This document shows, piece after piece, positions 37,066-41,707 of a stretch of 41,707 bases of DNA (position 1 is the first letter of the stretch; each line of letters begins with the position of its first letter). The DNA is from an uncultured Clostridia bacterium (lineage in GTDB: Bacteria; Bacillota; Clostridia; Oscillospirales; Ruminococcaceae): assembly GCA_945921635.1 (NCBI GenBank), contig CAMEKZ010000001.1, positions 1-41,707 of the forward strand. The letters run 5' to 3'. Under the pieces are notes generated by a model, which worked only from the letters and a program-made list of their open reading frames with translations, had not been told where the DNA came from and searched no databases. A program made the position numbers and the translations under genes.

Positions 37066-37247
37066 ATCAATCGGTTTTCCTTGTTTTTTGACTAAGTAAA
37101 GATAATTTTTTAAAAAATCTCTTGATTATTTCCGTTATATATAATACAATATTAACAGAAAAATTACAAGAGCGTATACAAAAAATTTTTTGCGCTTTTG
37201 GTAAAATTGTCGATTGATAATACTCCGACATATTTTCCGCTTTTTAG

Positions 37248-37419
37248 GGCAATACCGCACAAAGATTGTGTGCGGATTGCACCGACAGATTTTTCGTCAG
37301 ATTGTATAGAAATTTCGCAGGCATACTGGCGTATGTCAAGAAATTTCTGTGCAATATGACGGAAAAGATGCAAGCAAGGTGTACGCAAAGCCGTAAGGCG
37401 GTCTTTGTGCGGTGTTGCC
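37248..37419. mobile_element. MITE-like element B (172 bp)
   Basis: 18-bp TIRs GGCAATACCGCACAAAGA / TCTTTGTGCGGTGTTGCC, TTAG duplicated at 37244-37247 and 37420-37423, core shared with element A. Confidence 0.78.
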
Positions 37420-37469
37420 TTAGTGCGGCAGTATTTTCACAAATCAAAACGAAGGGACGGATTCAAAAA

Positions 37470-38174
37470 ATGAGAGAAAGCATACTGACCATACCGGTAA
37501 ACGAGGTATTCGAGCCGAGAGAGGGCTGCCCTATCTGCCGTATGAGGGACACCGTGGAGCAGCATATATGCGAGTACATAATGGGCGCGGCGATGATGGA
37601 GCCGGATGTCAGGATAGAGACAAACAAGCTCGGCTTCTGCCACACCCACTATTCACAGCTTATGAAGCAGAACAACCGCCTGTCGCTCGGACTCATGCTA
37701 AACAGCCATTTAGAGGAGCTTCGCGGCAATATATTCGAGAAGAAGGGACTTTTCGTATCAAAGGACTCAAAGGCGAAAAAGGCAGGCGAGGTCGGTGACA
37801 CCTGCTTTGTCTGCTCAAAGGTACAGTGGGGTATAGACCACATGATGGAAACCGTATTTACCATGTTTGCAAAGGACGGAAAGTTCAAAAATCTGTTCAA
37901 GTCGCAGGAGTGCTTCTGCGTTCCGCACTATCACTACCTTGCAGAAAAAAGCGCGGAAAAGATGTCAAAGGCGGACAGACCCGAGCTTATGAAGGCGCTT
38001 GACGAAATCATGCAGAATTATATAAAGCAGCTCAACAGCGATGTAAACGACTTCTGCAACAGCTTTGACTACCGCAACGCAGGAAAACTGCACTCCGCGG
38101 AGATGGAGCACGTCCGCACCTCGGTAGAGCGCGCGATAGAATTTCTGACCTCGCGCAAGCCCGAGCAGAAATAG
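37470..38174 (+). CDS. DUF6062-like conserved protein (Cys/His motifs)
   Basis: Duplicated CxxC...FCxxH motifs (CPIC, FCHTH, CFVC, FCVPH) and FDYRN. Start MRESILTIP follows AAGGGA. Confidence 0.75.
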   Translation: MRESILTIPVNEVFEPREGCPICRMRDTVEQHICEYIMGAAMMEPDVRIETNKLGFCHTHYSQLMKQNNRLSLGLMLNSHLEELRGNIFEKKGLFVSKDSKAKKAGEVGDTCFVCSKVQWGIDHMMETVFTMFAKDGKFKNLFKSQECFCVPHYHYLAEKSAEKMSKADRPELMKALDEIMQNYIKQLNSDVNDFCNSFDYRNAGKLHSAEMEHVRTSVERAIEFLTSRKPEQK

Positions 38175-38349
38175 GTGATTAACAAGCCTTAACTGTTTGG
38201 ATAACTATACCAAAAAAATTTGATTTTTCTATTGAAATTCGGTGAAAAATGATGTATAATAGTTGTATTAGCCGATGCCGGAATAAGCGGGGTATGAGGC
38301 AATTATGCCTCGCCACGGCTTATTCACTTTATCTACGGAGGGCATATTT

Positions 38350-39039
38350 ATGACAAAAAAGAACACCGCCGCGACGGTGGTTACAATAATAGTAGCTGTG
38401 CTTGCAATAGCTACCACGCTTTTTTTACTCTATCAGATGTCGCAGAAGCAGACACAGGATACAAGCTATTCCTTTGTTCCCTCAGAAGAGGTAAACAACG
38501 AGATGATAGACAACGCGACTACGCTTGTAAAAAACAACTGTGAGGTATTCAGAATCTTCATGCAGTACGGACTGCCGCATAAGGAAGAGCCGTACAACAA
38601 CGTCCCCGAGGACGGCTTTTATACCGTAAAGAGTGACGATTACAAGACAATGGCGGATTTAGAAAATCTGGTAAACTCCACCTTTGTTGACAGCGAGGCA
38701 CAGCGCATACTGACCAACGTAAACGGAAACGGCGCGGTATACGCCGAGGAGACCGACAACGAGGGCAACAAGGGCATCGGCCTTTCCGCCGATATGGTTG
38801 ACTCAAACGGACGCTTCAAGGCTTATGACTACGGCTATTCGTGGACTAACGCAAACGTATCGCTCAGTCCTAAGTCGAATACCGAGTGCGATATTATTAT
38901 CGAGCTTGCCGCAGAGACAGACGGCAGTAACGCCGGCAGCACCGACTCCGACGCATCGGTAAGCACCGACGCCAAGACCTTTACCGTCACCATGCTGAAG
39001 GTAAACGGCAGCTGGCGTCTGCAAAAGCTTGCATACTGA
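38350..39039 (+). CDS. Membrane-anchored extracellular protein, IseA (DL-endopeptidase inhibitor)-like
   Basis: GGAGGG RBS, single N-terminal TM, YTVKSDDYKTMADLENLVNSTF and C-terminal MLKVNGSWRL. Family call tentative. Promoter TTGAAA-17-TATAAT at 38232-38260. Confidence 0.55.
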   Translation: MTKKNTAATVVTIIVAVLAIATTLFLLYQMSQKQTQDTSYSFVPSEEVNNEMIDNATTLVKNNCEVFRIFMQYGLPHKEEPYNNVPEDGFYTVKSDDYKTMADLENLVNSTFVDSEAQRILTNVNGNGAVYAEETDNEGNKGIGLSADMVDSNGRFKAYDYGYSWTNANVSLSPKSNTECDIIIELAAETDGSNAGSTDSDASVSTDAKTFTVTMLKVNGSWRLQKLAY

Positions 39040-39051
39040 TAAATAAAACCG

Positions 39052-39357
39052 ATGAATAAAAAGGAAAATCCGCTCAAGGTCTACGCGGTTGTCAGTCAGA
39101 TAGGCTTTCTCGTTATATGCCCGCTGCTGATTTTTATCTGGGGCGGAAGCGCGCTTATCGAATGGCTCTCGCTCCCGTCATGGGTGATGGCTGTCTGCGT
39201 TTTTGCGGGTATACTGACAATGCTGTGCGGCACGGGAAATTATCTTTATCACCTCATAAAGATGTACGACAAGGACGATAAGAAGAATATAAAGTATATC
39301 TCCGACCGCCGCGATAATGACTATTACGATGACAGCGCAAAAAACAAGCGGCTGTAA
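39052..39357 (+). CDS. AtpZ/AtpI (ATPase gene 1) family protein
   Basis: Two TM helices with SQIGF pattern, at the head of the atp operon. Confidence 0.75.
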   Translation: MNKKENPLKVYAVVSQIGFLVICPLLIFIWGGSALIEWLSLPSWVMAVCVFAGILTMLCGTGNYLYHLIKMYDKDDKKNIKYISDRRDNDYYDDSAKNKRL

Positions 39358-39392
39358 AGCAGTTTGCTATAAGCTATAATATGTGATAACAA

Positions 39393-39794
39393 ATGAAGAA
39401 AAAATTTACCGAAAAAGTTACTTTCAAGGAGTTTAAGGTGCTTGCCCCGTACTATATCGGCGCTTTTGTACTGCTGTGTGCGGTAAGTGCGGTGCTCTGC
39501 ATAGTGGGCGCGGGCGATTATACGCTGTTTACCGGCGCTCTGGCAGGTACGGTTTTGTCCTCCGGCAGCTTTGTGCTTATGGGACTTACCGCGGAGCGCT
39601 CGCTCTATATGGGCGAAAAATCGGCAAAGCTCGCACTCAACGGCGGGTACGCCGCAAGATATATAGCAATGTTCATAATACTCGGGGCGCTTATGTATTT
39701 TAAGCTTGTAAACCCTGTTACGGCGCTTTTGCCGCTTTTCGTGCCGAAAATAGGCTATACGGTGGCGGCGTTTAAAGAAAAGAGCGAATTTTAG
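39393..39794 (+). CDS. atpI: ATP synthase subunit I
   Basis: Four TM helices, GYAARY motif, directly upstream of atpB. Confidence 0.75.
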   Translation: MKKKFTEKVTFKEFKVLAPYYIGAFVLLCAVSAVLCIVGAGDYTLFTGALAGTVLSSGSFVLMGLTAERSLYMGEKSAKLALNGGYAARYIAMFIILGALMYFKLVNPVTALLPLFVPKIGYTVAAFKEKSEF

Positions 39795-39839
39795 GCATAA
39801 TTTCAGAGCAAAATTTTCCACGAAAGGATTTGAATAAAT

Positions 39840-40568
39840 ATGACAGACCTTTTAAAGACGGCGGCAGAATTTACCGTAGAGGGTCCTCTCGAATCAATCA
39901 GCTTTAATCTGGGCGGCTGGCGTGTTGTAATCAGCGAAAGCATAGTTGTACAATGGATAGTTATGCTTATCCTCGCTGTTGTTTTCTTTATCCTCGGAAG
40001 AAATCTGAAGGTAAAGGCAACCTCCCGCAGACAGATGGCTGCGGAATATCTGGTCACCTTTTTCCGCGGCATGGTAAAGGACACCATGGGCGTAAAGTAC
40101 AACAAGTACACCGCTTATATCGGCGCTTTGTTCTGCTTTTCGATACTGTCGAGCCTTATGGGTCTGCTCGGACTTCGCGCGCCGACCTCGGATTTGTCGG
40201 TAATAGCCGCGTGGGGAATAGTGACCTTTGTGCTCACTCAGCGCAACAAGTTCAAGACAGGCGGCGTAAAGGGCTTTTTCAAGGGCTTTATCGAGCCTCT
40301 GCCGTTTATGCTCCCGTTTAATATCATCGGCGAAATCGCAAACCCCGTATCCCAGACGCTGCGTCACTTTGCAAATATCCTCGCAGGCTCGGTTATCGGC
40401 GGACTGGTTTATTTTGCACTTGGACAGATAGCAAACGGTCTTGCCTCAATCGGCATACCCGCGATACTGTCGCTCTACTTCGATTTGTTCTCGTCGTTTA
40501 TACAGGCGTACATCTTCTGCACTCTGACGATGGCGTATGTATCAATGGCAGAATGCTCGGACGACTAA
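39840..40568 (+). CDS. atpB: F0F1 ATP synthase subunit a
   Basis: RQMAAE, APTSDL, PFNIIGE, LRHFAN (conserved Arg), FIQAYIFCTLT. Confidence 0.97.
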   Translation: MTDLLKTAAEFTVEGPLESISFNLGGWRVVISESIVVQWIVMLILAVVFFILGRNLKVKATSRRQMAAEYLVTFFRGMVKDTMGVKYNKYTAYIGALFCFSILSSLMGLLGLRAPTSDLSVIAAWGIVTFVLTQRNKFKTGGVKGFFKGFIEPLPFMLPFNIIGEIANPVSQTLRHFANILAGSVIGGLVYFALGQIANGLASIGIPAILSLYFDLFSSFIQAYIFCTLTMAYVSMAECSDD

Positions 40569-40676
40569 CCACGTTTAACCCCTCGAAAGAGGTTGGTATA
40601 TTAACCGTACAAAAGCTTGTGCGGTGCTGAAAAATCACCTGCACGGCAGGATTAAAAAACAGAGGGCGTATGATAA

Positions 40677-41012
<336 letters not shown>

Positions 41013-41054
41013 TCAAAAATAAGGGTATAGCCCTATGGAAAGGACTGAAGAATA

Positions 41055-41597
41055 ATGGTAGAAGATTTACTCAGAGCGGCAGCGGAAACAGAGCAGGCTC
41101 ACTTTTCGCTGGTCAGCATAGATGTCAATACTATAGTCTTCACTCTGATAAACACGCTGATTATTGTACTGATTTATTTCTTTTTCCTGCACAAGCCTGT
41201 ATGCAAGATACTCGACAAGCGTGCGGAAACGGTAAATAAGGACATGGACGAGGCGGAAAAGGCGAAAAACGAGGCTAACGCCGTAAAGGCGGAATACGAG
41301 CAACGTCTAGCCGAGTCCAAGGAAGAGGCAAACAGAATTGTCGCAGACGCTACCCGCAAGGCACAGCAGCGCGAGGAGGAAATCATCGCAGAGGCAAACA
41401 GCGAGGCGACAAAGCTCAAACAGCGTGCCGAAGAATCAATCGAACGTGAAAAGAAGCGCGCGATAAACGAAATCAAGGGAGAAATCTCCGAGATGGTCGT
41501 TATGGCGGCAGGAAAGGTAGCCGAAAAGGAGATTACCGCGCAGGACAACGAGAAGATTATCGACTCTGTTTTAGCGCAAATCGGAGAGGAGAGCTGA
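41055..41597 (+). CDS. atpF: F0F1 ATP synthase subunit b
   Basis: One TM, KP...LDKR, then long charged coiled coil; follows atpE. Confidence 0.95.
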   Translation: MVEDLLRAAAETEQAHFSLVSIDVNTIVFTLINTLIIVLIYFFFLHKPVCKILDKRAETVNKDMDEAEKAKNEANAVKAEYEQRLAESKEEANRIVADATRKAQQREEEIIAEANSEATKLKQRAEESIEREKKRAINEIKGEISEMVVMAAGKVAEKEITAQDNEKIIDSVLAQIGEES

Positions 41598-41598
41598 T

Positions 41599-41707
41599 AT
41601 GGCCTCGGTTGAAAAGACATACGGCGACGCTCTGTTTTCTCTGATTATCGAGGAGGACAAAAGCGCACTTACCGATGTGCTCTGCGAGCTTAAATCAATA
41701 GCCGGGA
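41599..41707 (+). CDS. atpH: ATP synthase F1 subunit delta (5' partial, runs off the window)
   Basis: GGAGG RBS then MASVEKTYGDALFSL..., matching the delta N-terminal YAxAL pattern; position after atpF. Confidence 0.85.
   Translation, partial: MASVEKTYGDALFSLIIEEDKSALTDVLCELKSIAG

Noticed and set aside
37164-37469. Short ORFs and the 68-aa N-terminal extension of ORF 37266-38174
   Set aside because: They run through MITE B; the RBS supports a start at 37470. ORF 27534-27740 is likewise a MITE A artefact.

Overview
Mostly core chromosome of a Clostridia-type firmicute, probably Oscillospiraceae/Ruminococcaceae (inferred from sigmaA promoters, NPxTG-type sortase tails and gene families). There are about 40 genes and no rRNA, tRNA, CRISPR array, integrase or transposase. 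From left to right: a patch of small accessory genes downstream of guaA (small alarmone synthetase, TauE, cytidine deaminase, 7alpha-HSDH-like SDR, TetR plus iron-sulfur flavoprotein); guaA; a fluoride-riboswitch-controlled cation/H+ antiporter; a hydrolase; an MCP; a YtrA-type GntR/ABC operon; a two-component system with a fused MacB-type ABC transporter; rpmE; phosphoglucomutase interrupted by one in-frame TAG; comM; a radical SAM protein; a PrsA-like foldase; a BMP lipoprotein; bioY; a sortase-anchored metallophosphoesterase with a YibE/F partner; a second anchored surface protein; an ogg-ung-phosphoesterase-like-YdbC cluster; and the start of a probably Na+-coupled F-type ATP synthase operon. 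Most notable: (1) two 160-170 bp MITE-like elements with different terminal inverted repeats and target duplications but a shared, covarying structured core; (2) a putative base-excision-repair operon containing a catalytically degenerate phosphoesterase and a PC4-like protein; (3) the amber codon in pgm; (4) a c subunit with the two-carboxylate Na+ motif plus a third acidic residue. All family calls come from motif recognition by eye; no searches were run. Many starts were moved from the ORF track to the RBS-supported codon.
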